Part shown: positions 24,574-38,024 of the stretch, piece after piece
Layout of the letters: every line of letters starts with the position of its first letter
Position numbering within the stretch: the first letter of the stretch is position 1
Source: Octopus sinensis
Lineage: Eukaryota
DNA length: 64,000 nt
Assembly: GCF_006345805.1 (NCBI RefSeq)
Contig: NC_042999.1
Coordinates: 97,650,001 to 97,714,000 of the forward strand
Direction of reading: 5' to 3'
The notes under the pieces: model-generated
The model's input: the letters and a program-made list of their open reading frames with translations, nothing else
What the model was told of the DNA's origin: nothing
Database searches by the model: none
Made by a program: the position numbers and the translations under genes

Positions 24574-25854
24574 TATTGGGTCATCCCATATATAATGCGT
24601 TTTTTTTTAGACTTCTTTTATTTTTCAAAACCAAGATAAAAAAGGTTCTTTTTTAATCTAAAATATACTCTCCTTCATTTTCTACAATACTCTTCCATCT
24701 ATCTGGTAGACTTGCAAGGCTCCTCTTCCAAAATTCACTTGTCCATGACGAAAAATACTCCTCTAGTACTGTTCTGACCACGTCTACAGAATTCATATTT
24801 TTTCCGTCCAAATGATTGTGAAGACTGCGGAATAAATGATAATCAGATGGGGCAATGTCTAGCAATCGTTTCCCATTCATCGTTTCCCATTCAAACTGCT
24901 CCAGCCTTTGGAATGTCATCCTTGCTGTATGTGGCTGAGCATTATCTTGATGGAAGAACACCTTTTGTCTTGAAACCAAAGATAGTCGTTTTCTTCTAGC
25001 ACTGTCTTAAGCCATTCAAGCTGCTTGCAGTAGATCTCCTTTGTTATCATTTGGTTTGGGTTTAAAGATTCAAAGTGGACTAAACCTTTCATATCCCACC
25101 AAAGAGAAAACAATACCTTATGTGGGTGAAGACTTTCTTTAGCCTGGGCTGCTGGTGTTTCTCCTTTTCCAACTCACTGTCTTCAGCGCTTGACATTTTT
25201 ATTGAGAACCCATTTCTTGTCACCAGTCACTATTTGGTCCAAAAGAGGTTCATTTGTGAGACGTGACAGCAAAAAAGAGCACGTATTTGCACTTTGCGCG
25301 CGATAAGACTCGGGAAGTTTGTGAGCAACCCATTGACCCAATTTGCTGATTATTCCGATGGTACGCAGGTGTCGATGAATGGTTGAATGACCGAATCCAA
25401 GTTTCTCTGCTAGTTCCTCAACAGTTGCGATGGGATTTGTTCCACCAGGATGTCCTTGTCAAGCTTTACAGATCTTCCAGGATGAGGCTTGTCTTCTAGG
25501 CTGTAGTTTCTGCCTCAGAATTTCTGGAACCACTGTTGACACTGGCTTATGCTTGTTGTCTGATCCCCATATACTGCATTACTATTCCTTGCACTTTCCG
25601 TTGTGTTGTTGCCTTTATTGAAATCATAAAGCAAAATATGCCGAATATGCTCCTTTGTCACTTCCAGTATAGTTTTGAAAAAGTAACTATTAAAATCGAA
25701 CTGCACTCTTCAGAAGTTGCACTAAGAATAAGGACAAGGTAAAATTACTACCTGCTTTTATAGTAAGTTGATATAGGTAGTTTTTTTCTAATCCCTCTCC
25801 GACTTTTAGTTCATGGAATTTCAAAAACTGCATTATTTATGGGATGACCCAGTA
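24574..25854 (-). mobile_element. Mariner (Tc1/mariner, D,D34D-type) transposon, full length but degenerate
   Basis: TIRs TAttgggtcatcccata(t/a)ataatgc / gcattatttatgggatgacccagTA. Fragments KEHIRHILLYDFNKG, VTGDKKWV, FHQDNAQPHTA and DIAPSDYHLFRSL, with stops and frameshifts. Confidence 0.92.
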
Positions 25855-27837
25855 GTAAGATCAACCAAATTGTCAGTCTCTGAAAATGTTTGAAATTATT
25901 TTTTTTTGTCAGGAATAGTTGTTAAATATTTTGGTTTCATATTTGATTTGCAAGATCCTTAATGCGAATTCATATGTTAAAAACAAATCTTATATCTTGA
26001 GAGGGTCATTACGCCAGTAATATTAAGATAGTAGTTAGACTTAATGCTATTTAGGGTTGACTTTGTCTTGCATCCCTTTTGGGTTTGATGAGTAAGGCAA
26101 GATAATAAAGATAATAGCCCATTACGATGGTAACGAGGAATATTAGAAAATGAGTAAACGATACAGGGTTATTGATTGAGCATGTGTGCTTATGATGGTC
26201 TGAGTTTGGGTGAATAAGTGTTGTGTCAATAGCATTGAAGTACAATATTTTCAGCCAAATTTTTGACCTTATTGCAAGCTCACCGGTTCTTCCTCTAGAC
26301 ATTGAGACAAAGAAAATGATATACTAACCTCAAAAATGGTTGGGGTGGCACTTACGACACTCTGTTACTAAACGCCTCAATTAAACAAGACCTGGAAGTT
26401 AATTATTTGGAATGTGGCACATGTGACTCTAAATTTCAGTTGTCAATGTTCTTTTTTCTTTTATTGGCTATAAAGGCCCAAGATATTGTGGGCCGTGCAA
26501 GGATAAAGTATAATATAAAACAGTAGGATTTACAGTGAGTAAAAAAGCAAAATAATAACTAAATTTCACAATAAAATAAGAAGAATGAAAGGTTGTTCAT
26601 TTGTAGGGATGGCCATCAAGAGCCTAGCAAAGTACTCCAGAGATCCAGGATTACTTTGCTTTCTATTAACTGTCATCTTGTGGGTCTTCAAACCCAAGCT
26701 GAGTGTAGTCCTAATCACTTTAGTCATGCTCACCATTCTCATCCATCTTTCATCAAATTTACTTAAGAGTAACACCTCCATCTTCACTTTCATCTTCTTT
26801 AAATTTGAACTTTAAAAAGTCATTGAGGGATTACTTGGAGAGGTAAGTGTTTGTTCTCAGTCTGTTCTGTCATATCTACCATAACTTCTTACATTATAGC
26901 TGTCTCACAGAGGAAAATGTCTTTTGGCTCTATCCCCAACCAAAGAAAGGTAGCATAGCAATCATCACAATGGACTTGACTTGTTAGCATCAGCTCTTTA
27001 ACAAAACTCAACATGCCAACATTGCTTGGACACTAAATGAGTTACTTGTAGAAAGTTTTTTTTTTTACTTTGTGTACATCTCTGACAGATCTGGCAACTA
27101 CACTTCTGTGCCTGTAGAATTTATCTTCAATGGGCAGAGTGCCCCCAGTAGTACTGCCATCAAGGGATTTTTAGTTGTCCATAGTTTTTGGGTTGAAACT
27201 CTTCTGGCTCAGATAAGCCAGTTGATTCTTGTTGATGCCTAGAGTTTCCACAAGAACTTTATTGGTCTTCCTCATTATTAGTCTTTAACAACCACTGATA
27301 CATTACCTGACTTGTAGGCATGACTCCACAAATTTTAGGGAAGAGGTATTGTAGATTATATTGACTTGAGTACTTAACTTTGGATGGATGAAAATACTGA
27401 TTATAATACTCTTGAGATAGGCATGAATATCACAGCATTCAAGTGTTTGGTTGTCTGAAAATTTCAACTTTCATTTTAAGGCACATTTGTTATTGTCATT
27501 TTGTGTTAGAATGCTCATGAGATTAAACAAAAAATGGGACCACTGATCACAAGATCTTATAAACAAAACTCTCTACTTTCACTGATTACTGCTTTTTGTA
27601 GAAAGGACATCCACATATAAAAAAATATTTGCAACAAGTACAATATGTTGCCAATACAAGCAAGAAAAAATGAGTGTAAAATTGTGAAGCTATCCAAAAG
27701 AATAAAATTGGACTTGATGTTCTTAGAGAATTCTGTGCATCCCTAAGATCAAATATGTCAGAAGTCAGTTATGACATTTATTCAATCCACAGACACATTC
27801 TTTTTCCTGAAAAATAAAAATAATATTTATGTTTCAG

Positions 27838-28017
27838 CTGAGTCAAGGTTCATTAGTGACTGTATCCCCATCATTGGTGAAGCGCCGAAAGACTCATTTC
27901 CATAATTTACCATGTGGTGCACACATTATTCTTGGAAACAATGGTTACATCTGGATAGCCCCAATCTCTCCAGAGGAGGATGAAGAGTCTGGTGGAGGTT
28001 ATGAACAAAATCTGTCT
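27838..28017 (+). CDS. EXOSC2: EXOSC2 coding exon 6, KH-like domain (LSQGSLVTVSPSLVKRRKTHFHNLPCGAHIILGNNGYIWIAPISPEEDEESGGGYEQNLS)
   Basis: Acceptor gtttCAG; donor TCT|GTAAGT at 28018; 180 nt; conserved ILGNNGYIWI motif. Confidence 0.97.
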
Positions 28018-28844
28018 GTAAGTATCATTTTCTTTAAATGTTGGTGATTGATAATGATGATGAATAAAGACAATGTGCATTTTCCATGCTGACATGAATT
28101 AGATAGCTTGACAGGAACTGACAAGGTCAGGGTCCACACCAGTCCCATAGCCTGTTTTGGGATGGTTTCTACAAGCTGGATGTCCTTCTTAATGCCAACC
28201 ATTTTATAGAATGTGCTGGGTGCTTTTATGTGGCACCAGCACCCACACCAATGCTTTTTACAAGACACCTTGGTTTTAGGATCTAAAGTGTGTTGTAGTG
28301 GGTGGGTCTTCTTGAGTATAGCAATGTGCCACATATTCTGGTCCTCTGTCAAAGCCTTTGTAAGGCTTGGCATATTGGATGTATGATTGTTTTGCTAACT
28401 CAATAAATAATATATTTACTATCATAATTTCAATGTTCATTATTTCATGCTCTCATGGGTTGGATAGAATTTGATAAGGCTGATTTCCTACAACTAGATG
28501 TCCTTCCTGTCACCAATTTTCACCTGTTTTCAAGTAAGGTAATATTTTTCCATGGTTAGACATGTTTTTCACGGAAGATTGGAAATGAAGGAGACCACTT
28601 GCATGACAGTAACACTCGTTTGCAACTATTGCATTATGTCATGACAAGGAGATGGTAACACACACACACACACACACACATACACAACAGGCTTCTTTCA
28701 AATTTCCCCTACCAGATCCCCTTACTAGACATTGGTTGGCCTGGAGCTGTAGTAAAAGACACTTGTCCAAGGTATCACACAGTAGCACTGAATCTGAAAC
28801 CATGCGGTTGAGAAACAAACTTCTTATCACATTTCCATGCCTGC

Positions 28845-30600
28845 ACATCATCATTTAGTGTCTGTTTTCCATGCTGGCATGGGTTAGATGGTTTGACTAG
28901 AACTGGTAAGCTGGGGAGCTGCAGCAGGTTCCAGTCCGTTTTGGCTTGGTTTCTATAGCTGGATGCCATTCCTAATGCCAACCATTCCACAGAATGTTGT
29001 GGGTGCCTTTTATATTTCACTGGCACTGACCACAACTATGATTTCACTTAGCTTGATGCATCTTCTCAAGCACAGCAAATTGCCAAAAGTCTAAGTCACT
29101 TGTCATCAACTCTGTAAGACTCAATATCCAAAGATCATATTTCACCATCTCATCCCATATCTTCCAAAGTCTCCCTCTTCTACAGTTTCCCTTGACAGTG
29201 AGAGATCAGTACTTCTTTACACAGCTGTCCTCAATTATACACATCACATGGTCATACCAGCACAGTCTTCTCTCTTGCACGCTACATCTGATACTTCTTA
29301 TACCCAATTTTTCTCTTAAGGCACTTACACTCTGTCATACATAAACACTGACATTTCACATCCAGTGGAGCATACTAGCTTCATTTCTTTCAAGCCTTTG
29401 TATGTCCTCTGCAGTCACAGCCCATGTTTCACTGCCATGTAGCATGGCTGTTTGCACACAGATACCTCATAACCGGTCTTTCATGCTCAGGAAGAGGCTC
29501 TTTGTTACCAACAAAGGTTGCAGCTCTCTGAACTTCACCCAGCCTATTCTTATTCTAGCAGGCTCCACAATCAGAGCATCCACCTCCACTGCTTACTTGG
29601 TCACCTAGGTAATAGAAACTATCTACTATTTCTAAGAATCCCCCTGAGTATTTGACGAAGTCTGTTTTCTGTACATTTCTAGTGTTTATTGTACTTATAC
29701 ACCTGTCACACACAAAGACTACTGTTAACCTTTGATACTGCTGTACCTTTTATGTATCCATAGCTTGCACCGGGTATACCTTATGGAGTTTTGACCTACA
29801 TCTCTTCCACATATTGAGCAGAGCCATCTCCCTGAAGGGATTTGTGATTTGTCTGTTTTCCTACTTACTAAGACTTTGGTCTTTGCTACATTAACTCTGA
29901 GGCCCTTTGATTCCAGACCTTGCTTCCACACTTGAAATTTCTTCTAGTTCTGGTAATGATCCAGCTATAAGAACAAAGTTATCTTCATAGAGGAGCTCCC
30001 AATGGCAGCCTGTCTGAAATTCTTTGGGGCTGAGAACTGATCCTTGTTGAATTCCTACTTTGTACACTGAATTCATTGCTATACTCTCTGCCAACTTTCA
30101 CCATACTAACAGCATCCCTGTACTTGGCTTGTACAGCTCTCACCAACCACTCATCTATCCCTAGCTTCTGCATTGACAACCAAATAAGGGAGCAGAGGAC
30201 CCTGTCAGAGGTTTTCTCCCATGTCAACAAAAACCAAGTACAGAGGTTTACTTTTGGCTAAGTACTTCTCTTGCTATTGCCTTAATAGGAATATAGCATC
30301 AGTAGTGTTTCTCCTTGGCACAAGACCAAACTGTATCTCATCTAGACTAACTCTTTTCCTAATTAATTGATCTATGACTCTCTCTTTAACTTTCATCACC
30401 TGGTCCTACAATTTGATACCTCTTTAACTATTTCTGTCTAAGGCATCACCTTTATCTCTGTAGCAGTTGACTATGGTGCTGCTGCACCAGTCATTGGGCA
30501 TGACTCCCTTGTGGACAACCTGATTAACTATATGTGTGACTAGACCATATCCTACTCTGCCAGATATTTTTTAGCATCTCAGCAGTGATTTCTGATGGGC
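28845..30600 (-). mobile_element. RTE-clade LINE of the same family in the opposite orientation
   Basis: Minus-strand WELLYEDNFVLIAGSLPE, KLGIDEWLVRAVQAKYRDAVS and WKQGLESKGLRVNVAKTK; 3'UTR and tcatcatca tail at about 28845. Confidence 0.88.
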
Positions 30601-31089
30601 TAGGGGCTTTCTCCATCTTCATATCCTTCATGGTTTATATATATATATATAATATATGGTCTTTCTTTCTAGCTTCATCCCTGTTACTTTCACCCACTCT
30701 TCTAAAATGTTAGTAGCCCTGCAGCTACAACAAAAAACCCATTTTGGACTACTTCTGTCGTACTTCAATTATTTCCTAGTATAAAACCACTGTCCTCTCC
30801 ACTGTAGCTCCACTCATTCAAAGCACCATTAACTTAGCAGACTTTCTCTAAAGGTGAATGATGCTTATGATGTTCCTTTGTCATTGTCAACATCAGAAAT
30901 GCTGTAGGCCAATGTTTGGTCAACTGAGGGCGCCTGACTTAGTGGTTAGGGTGTTGCACTCACAATTGCAAGAATGTGGTTTTGATTCCCAGAACAGGTG
31001 GGTGATCATTTCAACATCTGACACCTGACACATCATGTGCCTGTACAGGCAATATCAATTTGATGGAGGAAGCTAGCTAATGTACAGTG

Positions 31090-33042
31090 CAAACATTTGG
31101 TCACCAGCACCATAGTCAACTGCTACAAAGCTAAAGGTGATGCTTTAGATAAAAATAACTACAAGGGTATCAAACTGCTGGATCAGGTGATGAAGGTCAC
31201 AGAGATGGTAATAGCCCAACTAATTATGGAGAGAGTCAGCCTAGATGAGATGCAGTCCAGTTTTGTGCCAGGTAACAGCACCAATGATGCTATATTTTTG
31301 GTAAAGCAACTGCAGGAGAAATACCTAGCCAAAAATAAACCCCTATACTTTTGTTGACTTGGAGAAAGCCTTCGACAGGGAGCACCGATTCCTTATCTGG
31401 TGGGTGATGTGGAAACTAGGGATAGATGAGTGGTTAGTAAGGGCTGTACAGGCCTTGTACAGGGATGCTGTCAGTAAGGTAAGGGTTGGCAACGAGTATA
31501 GTGAAGAATTCTGGGTAGAAGTAGGGATACAAAGGATCAGCCCCCTCTTATTCATCATAGTCCTCCAGGCAATGACAGGGGAATTCAAGACAGGCTGCCC
31601 CTGGGAGCTCATCTATGCTGATGACCTTGCTCTCATAGCTGAATCACTACCAGAACTAGAGAAGAAATTTCAGGTGTGGAAGCAAGCTTTAGAATTGAAG
31701 GGCCTTAGAGTCAATATTGCAAAAACCAAATCACAAACCCCTTCAGGTAGATGGCCCTGCTTGATCTGTAGAAAAGGTGTAAGTAGAAACTCCATAAGAT
31801 ACACCCAGTGTAAGCTATGGATGCATAAGAGGTGCAGCAACGTCAAAGGGAGGTTAACTGGAATGATAGTTTTTTTGTGCGGCAGATGCACAGGGGCAAT
31901 AAACACCGAAAATGTTCAGAAAACAGATTCCATCACATGCCAGGGGAAGAAACTAGAAGTAGTTGATAGGTGACCAAGTCTGTAGTGGGGGTGGATGCTC
32001 TGAAGTGCTGCCACTAGAATAGGAATCGCCTGGACAAAGTTCAGAAAGCTCCTACCTCTGCTGGTGACAAAGGGCCTCTTACTCAGAGTGAAAGGTAGAG
32101 TGTATGATGCATGTGTTGAACTGCCATGCTACATGGCAGTGAAACATGGGCTGTGACTGTTGAGGACATATGCAAGCTTGAAAGAAATGAAGCTTGTATG
32201 ATCTGCTGGATGTGTAATGTCAGTGTGCATACACAACAGAGTGTAAGTGCCCTGAGAGAAATGTTGGACATAGGAAGCATCAGATATGGTGTGCAAGAGA
32301 GATGGCTGCACTGGTATGGTCATGTACTACATATAAATGAGGAGAACTGTGTGAAGAAGTGTCACTCCCTAACTGTGGAAGGAACCTGTGGAAGAGGTAG
32401 ACCCAGGAAGACATGGGATGAGATGGTGAAGCATGACCTTCGAATGTTGGGCCTCAGAGGTCTCAAGAGACCAAGGCCTCTGGAGATATGCTGTGATTGA
32501 GAAGACCCCGGCAAGTAAAGTGAGATTACAGCCGTAACCTATACCAGTGTTACATAAACAGCCCATTTAAAAAGTACCTTTGAATTGTTGGGCCATACAC
32601 CGTGCTTGAGGAGACCTATTGAGTCAAGTAAAATCAATATAAAAATTACAACCAGAATCTCAATCAAATTGAAATCAAAATGGAAATTGCAGTTGTGTCC
32701 GATGCCAGTACTGCCTGACTGGCTCCCGTGCTGGTGGCATGCAAGAAGTACCATTCATGCATGAGTTGATGCCAGTGCTGCCTGAGTGGCTCCCCGTGCC
32801 AGTGGCACGTAAAACGCATCATCCGAACGTGGCCGATGCCAGTGCCACCTGACTGGCTCCCGTGCTAGTGGCATGTAAAAAGTACCCACTACACTCTTGG
32901 AGTGGTTGGTGTTAGGAAGGGCATCAGCTGTAGAAACCCTGCCAGATCAGATTGGAGCCTGGTGCAGCCTCCTGGCTTGCCAGTCTCCAGTCAAACCGTC
33001 CAACCCATGCCAGCATGGAAAACAGATGTTAAACAATGATGA
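31090..33042 (+). mobile_element. RTE-clade LINE, 5'-truncated (RT, C-terminus, 3'UTR with subrepeats, GAT tail)
   Basis: DLEKAFDR, WELIYADDLALIAES, LHGSETWAVT and GRGRPRKTWDE; ends ...gttaaacaatgatga. Confidence 0.9.
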
Positions 33043-33341
33043 AACAAATCATCTGTGAAGCTTGCACAACCAGAAATTATGGAATCCTCTTTCTTGGATT
33101 TGAGAAACTACCAAGAAGAAAAAAACAATGACAATGTTTGTTGTTCACGAATTGTGATATAAACTAAATAAATGAATATGATACATAGATTTAAGTGTTG
33201 AACTGCTGGCCACATTATTATGTGTTCAAATCTTACTATAGCTGTTGTATCATGCACATGAGTAAAGTAACTGATTAATAGCATGATTTCAGTAGATTTG
33301 TATTGTTTTGTTCTGATGTATTCTGGTTTATTCTCTTGCAG

Positions 33342-33470
33342 CCAGTTTCCTGTGGTGACCGAGAGGTGATTGCTCGCATGAGGAACTGTATCCTGGCCCT
33401 CAGCCATCACAAGATGATGTTGTTTGATACCAGCATATTGTATACCTATGATAACTCCCTGAAATTCTCA
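33342..33470 (+). CDS. EXOSC2: EXOSC2 coding exon 7 (PVSCGDREVIARMRNCILALSHHKMMLFDTSILYTYDNSLKFS)
   Basis: Acceptor ttctcttgCAG; donor TCA|GTAAGT at 33471; 129 nt; REVIARxRNCI motif. Confidence 0.96.
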
Positions 33471-34509
33471 GTAAGTTTCAAAATGAGGCAGCCTTTATGT
33501 TTTCAGGAACTGTGTGTTTTTGGATAGAATATTGTGTTTTCTTTTCTTTTTATGCAAACTGTTAAATTTAGTCCAAACACCCTGTATATGTGAAACAGAA
33601 AATTTGAGGGAGTTGTTACCTTTGTTGACAACCATGAATTTCTTTCTCTCTGCAAAAGTCAGAATTTTAAAAAGAAATAATTTGTAAGTTAGCCAATAGA
33701 AAAAGCAATGCTCATTGCTTCTACCGTTTGCCCAGAGTGGTGAAACTGATACAGTTAATGCTCAGCTGGAATATCTGTAGATCATACATAGTTGGGAAAG
33801 ATTGACATTGTTGTCTGGATGCTCATGACTGTGAATTAGCTAATGTCTCCCAAGGTCTGAATAGTGTGGTTGCACCAGGTGGTCTGTTAGATGTTACCAG
33901 ACTGCATTCCTTGAATTGTGTGTAAGAAGTTGATCCTGTATAGCAACCCATGGAAAAGTAGGCATCAAAATAGTGATGGTGGTAGTGATTTAAAGTATAG
34001 AAAATTTCTAAATTTCTCCTGAAGATGTTCTTGAATAGTTCCTTCACTCTGGCTCAACTCTAGTTGAATACACCTATGCTACAGAAGTAGTTAATCAAAT
34101 GACAATATCAGTCAGGTATTCCAGCTCTGATTCTGCAGTTTTTTATTCTTAAAACATGCTGTCTTATATAAGACCTAAATAACACATTTGGCTCCTTTGA
34201 TGCCAATTTCCTTTTTGAAGTGATCTAAATAAAAACTTTTCAAAATTTTATGTAAATTTAAGTTCTAAACATCAGCTTAATAATCCATTCATCTTTTCCT
34301 CTCACTGTTCCTGGAAGGGTTGTGGGGGTAGAGTCCTCAGGCACCTCTTTCATAGGGTCCTATCAGAAAACCAGCATTAAATTTTCCAGCTGGATTCCCA
34401 AGCATGACAAACTGAGACTATGTTTATTATCCAGCCATTTTGTTCTTTGTCTAACTCTAGGTCTCCTGCCAGTTGGCTTGGCTTAAAGAATCTGTCTTGC
34501 GACTCTTTC

Positions 34510-35052
34510 CTGTGAATTAATGTTGCGAGAAATGAAGCCAGTATGTTCCGATGGATGTGTAATGTCAGTGTGCATGCTCGACAGAGCGTTAGTACCCTGA
34601 GAGAAATGTTGGACCTAAGGAGCATCAGTTGTGGTGTGCAAGAGAGACGATTGCGCTGGTATGGTCATGTGGCGAGAATGGATGAAGATAGGTGTGTGAA
34701 AAAGTGCCAATCCCTAACAGTGGAGGGTTCCCGTGGAAGAGGTAGACCCAGGAAGACATGGGACGAGGTGGTGAAGCACAACCTTCGAACTTTAGGTCTC
34801 ACTGAGGAAATGACCAGCGACCGAGGTGGCTGATGCCAGCCTCGCCTGGCACCAGTGCAGGTGGCACGTAAAAAGCACCCACTACACTCACGGAGTGGTT
34901 GGCGTTAGGAAGGGCATCCAGCTGGAGAAACATTGCCAGATAAGACCGGAGCCTGGTGCAGCCTTCTGGCTTCCCAGATCCCCGGTCGAACCGTCCAACC
35001 CATGCTAGCATGGAGAACGGATGTTAAACGATGATGATGATGATGATGATGA
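34510..35052 (+). mobile_element. Young RTE LINE 3' end
   Basis: Open frame MFRWMCNVSV...RLRWYGHVARM...GRGRPRKTWDEVVK, then 3'UTR and a (GAT)n tail. Confidence 0.9.
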
Positions 35053-35669
35053 AGATTGAAATATTTGTTTTCTCAAGAAACTCATCCCATAGTACTCTGC
35101 ATGTTAGTGGAATATCACTGAGATAAAGAGAGAAGCTTAAATATCTCAGGACCATATTTATGAGTGATGGAAGGCAGGAGGCTGAATTGAATGCTAGAAT
35201 TGCACATGCTGGTTGGTAAAAAAGCCAAATTTGCTATCTTCAATTAGGATTTCATGCCTATCCACATCACCTATGATCATGGTTGTTGGTAATAATTAAA
35301 AGAGTAGTAGAAACAAGCAGCTGAATTAGGGTTCCTCTGAAAGTTCTCTGAAGTAATGTTTACTCAACAGGGTGTGTAGTTTGAAGATCAGGGAGTCTAA
35401 CTCTGGGTTGAGCTGCAACTTTTCCACATTGAGTGGTCACAGCTGTGGTACAACTTAATTATGACATGGTCATTTTACTAAATTGCCTCATTTATTTTAA
35501 AATTATCTAGCAGAACATTAAAACAGTAAATTAACTTTGCGAGAGATTTGTTAGCTATTTCTAGCATGTTGAATGACCACCTTGAAGCTCCTGGTGAGCC
35601 TAGCATTTGTATAACAGTAGAACTGACCTCTGAAAGTCACCTGACCTAATTTATCATTTTCTGTTATAG

Positions 35670-35750
35670 TGTAAAGACATCTTGAAACCAGAAATAATGA
35701 ATGAAGTTGTTGAGATGACACGGTTAAGGCTTGAACAAGAAACTCTTTGA
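35670..35750 (+). CDS. EXOSC2: EXOSC2 last coding exon 8 (CKDILKPEIMNEVVEMTRLRLEQETL*)
   Basis: Acceptor ttttctgttaTAG. KDILKPEIM matches the RRP4 C-terminus. Stop TGA at 35748-35750. Exon total 879 nt = 292 aa plus stop. This exon is absent from the supplied ORF track. Confidence 0.93.
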   Translation, partial: CKDILKPEIMNEVVEMTRLRLEQETL

Positions 35751-35809
35751 TTAGCAGAATATCACCTTTCATTCAAGCCATCGATCTACAATCTCCATTG
35801 ATCTTACTG

Positions 35810-36001
35810 GTAAGTGATTGCTATCTATTAGTCTCCAACTATAAATATTAACTTCTCATTCCATTAATGTTGTGGTGGCAGTGGTAGTGAAAGTGACAGC
35901 TGTTGTAGTAGTAGCAACAACTACATGTTCCAAACAACTATATGTTCTATTGGGCTTCTCAATGTTGGACTCTGATTTTATTTCTGTTTATTTACTTGCA
36001 G
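35810..36001 (+). other. Candidate 3'UTR intron of EXOSC2 (192 nt)
   Basis: Strong donor CTG|GTAAGT, branch-like CTGAT at about 35972, long T-rich tract and TTGCAG| acceptor. Confidence 0.5.
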
Positions 36002-37989
36002 GAGGCTGCTTCAAAAGCAATGGTGAAGAACATGACTATTCTTCCTTTGATTTCCACTTTCTGGCCATGAGTTTGCTTGTTCCAGCTGTTCAACAATCAC
36101 AATCAGATTTTCACCCAATACTTTCAACTCCTATTTAGTTATGTTTTTTTTAAAAATTTATAGTTTGTTCTTCTATCTACATATTACCAACCATGTCATC
36201 TCTGTCTGCTTCATCCTTCATATGTACAGTTGATAAATTATGTCTGGTGACCTTCAGCAGCAGCCAATATCATCATCACATTCATAAAGTTTCCTTAATT
36301 TCTCTTGTGTCATCTCATCTTTTATCTTAAAATTCTCCTCTCATACCACTACCACCATTACCATCACTGCCACTACAGTCACCATTACAAGCTTAGCAAT
36401 CATATTCATCTTTCTCTTTACACTGCTGTCCATCTGAGATAGTAGCTTAGTCAGTGGTCAGTAGTGTGGATAATCTCAACTCTAAACATTCTGTTTCATG
36501 GGTGAACATACGGATGGTCACTCTACCTATTAGAAATAGCAGCAAATCTCTCAAGTCTTACAAAAAGGACATATTGAATAATATGATCCTAGCTGTATCT
36601 GGGGAAATAAAAGGCTTGGATTATCATGGTTGGAATGCTTTTTGCTTGGGACTGACCTGGGGATAAACAACATCAACGATAACATCTTGTTTTATATCAG
36701 AATATTATATTGCCTCTTCCTAAATAAGAGCGGCCCCAGAGATGTCAGTTCCATAATGTAGTATTGTTATTGTCATATAAAGTAAGACTTGCTCCGTATA
36801 AAAACTTACCTCAACTAACTGAACCAAGGAAGTTGGTATCTCTTCAACAGACTGACACCATAGACAAAGAAATTCAGTCTCAAATAGTCCCTGACAGCTC
36901 TGACTGCAAGGGAGTCATTCAAATGGCAGGGAGAGGTGTATGTGTCTCTGGCTGATACTTGAATAATGCTTGGTCTAAATTTTATCTTGTGATCTTGGGA
37001 GGTCATCAGAAATGACAAAAAATATATATATACAAATAAAACAAATGATCTAGTGGAAGGGTTAAGAAATTCCATTTCAATTAATTCTCATAATCAGACA
37101 TTCCTCATCATCTCTTATAAACATAGAGGAAAACACACACACAGAAACAGAACATCAAAGAAATCTGGTACCACAAACATTCTGTCCAATGTAGAATTTA
37201 AAACAAAATGCAGTTATTTGATGTTGTTATTAATTAATTTTTTTTTCATTTAAACATTGTATTGTTTTTTACATACAATTTCAGAAAAGATTTCTTTCAT
37301 TTTCATCATCATCACCATTATGACAACTATCACCAATCAATCATCAAAGCCAGATAATGGGGATGTCCATTTGAAATCTCTTAATATTATTTTTCATGCC
37401 TTTTTCCTATGTCTCTTTCAATATGTGTGTGTGTGTGTGTGTGAGAGATATACAAAAGTACAGGCATAAATGTTTATTTAAAAAGGTTGCTTCCTAACTA
37501 TGGTTTTGGGTTCAGTTCCACTGTGTAGAACCTTGGGGAAGTATCTTCTGCTACAGCCCCAGGCAGAGCAATATTTTATGAATGGATTTGGTGGATGGAA
37601 ACTAAAGAAGCTCATTGTGTGTGTGTGTGTGTATCATCATTATTTAACGTCTGTTGTCCATGCTGGCATGGGTTGGACAGTTTAACCAGAGCTGGCAAGC
37701 TGGGGAGCTGCACTGGCTCCAGTCTGATTTGGTTGGATGCCCTTCCTAATACCAGCCACTTTACAGAGTGTGCCAGATGTTTCTTACATGACACTGCGCA
37801 GGTGCTCTTATGTGGTGCACTTTTACATGGCTCTGCATGGGTGCTTTTATGTGGTACTGCATGAACACTTTTACGTGGTACCTCCACAGTGCTTTTTATG
37901 TGGCACCAACACAGGACTCTTGTAGGTCAATCCTCACCACAAGTGGGACTGGTCTTAACACTTCTGCAGAGGAGTACATATTTATATAT

Positions 37990-38024
<35 letters not shown>

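Noticed and set aside
32690-32890. CRISPR-like repeat array
   Set aside because: Eukaryotic LINE 3'UTR subrepeats with no unique spacers and no cas genes.
36606-36611. AATAAA as the EXOSC2 poly(A) signal
   Set aside because: It lies within a dispersed repeat-like segment, so the 3' end cannot be fixed from sequence alone.
36810-37000. Possible minus-strand exon (donor GAG|GTAAGT near 36810, ORF 36815-37075)
   Set aside because: A stop precedes the donor in the only long frame, the protein is unrecognisable, and no partner exons were found.
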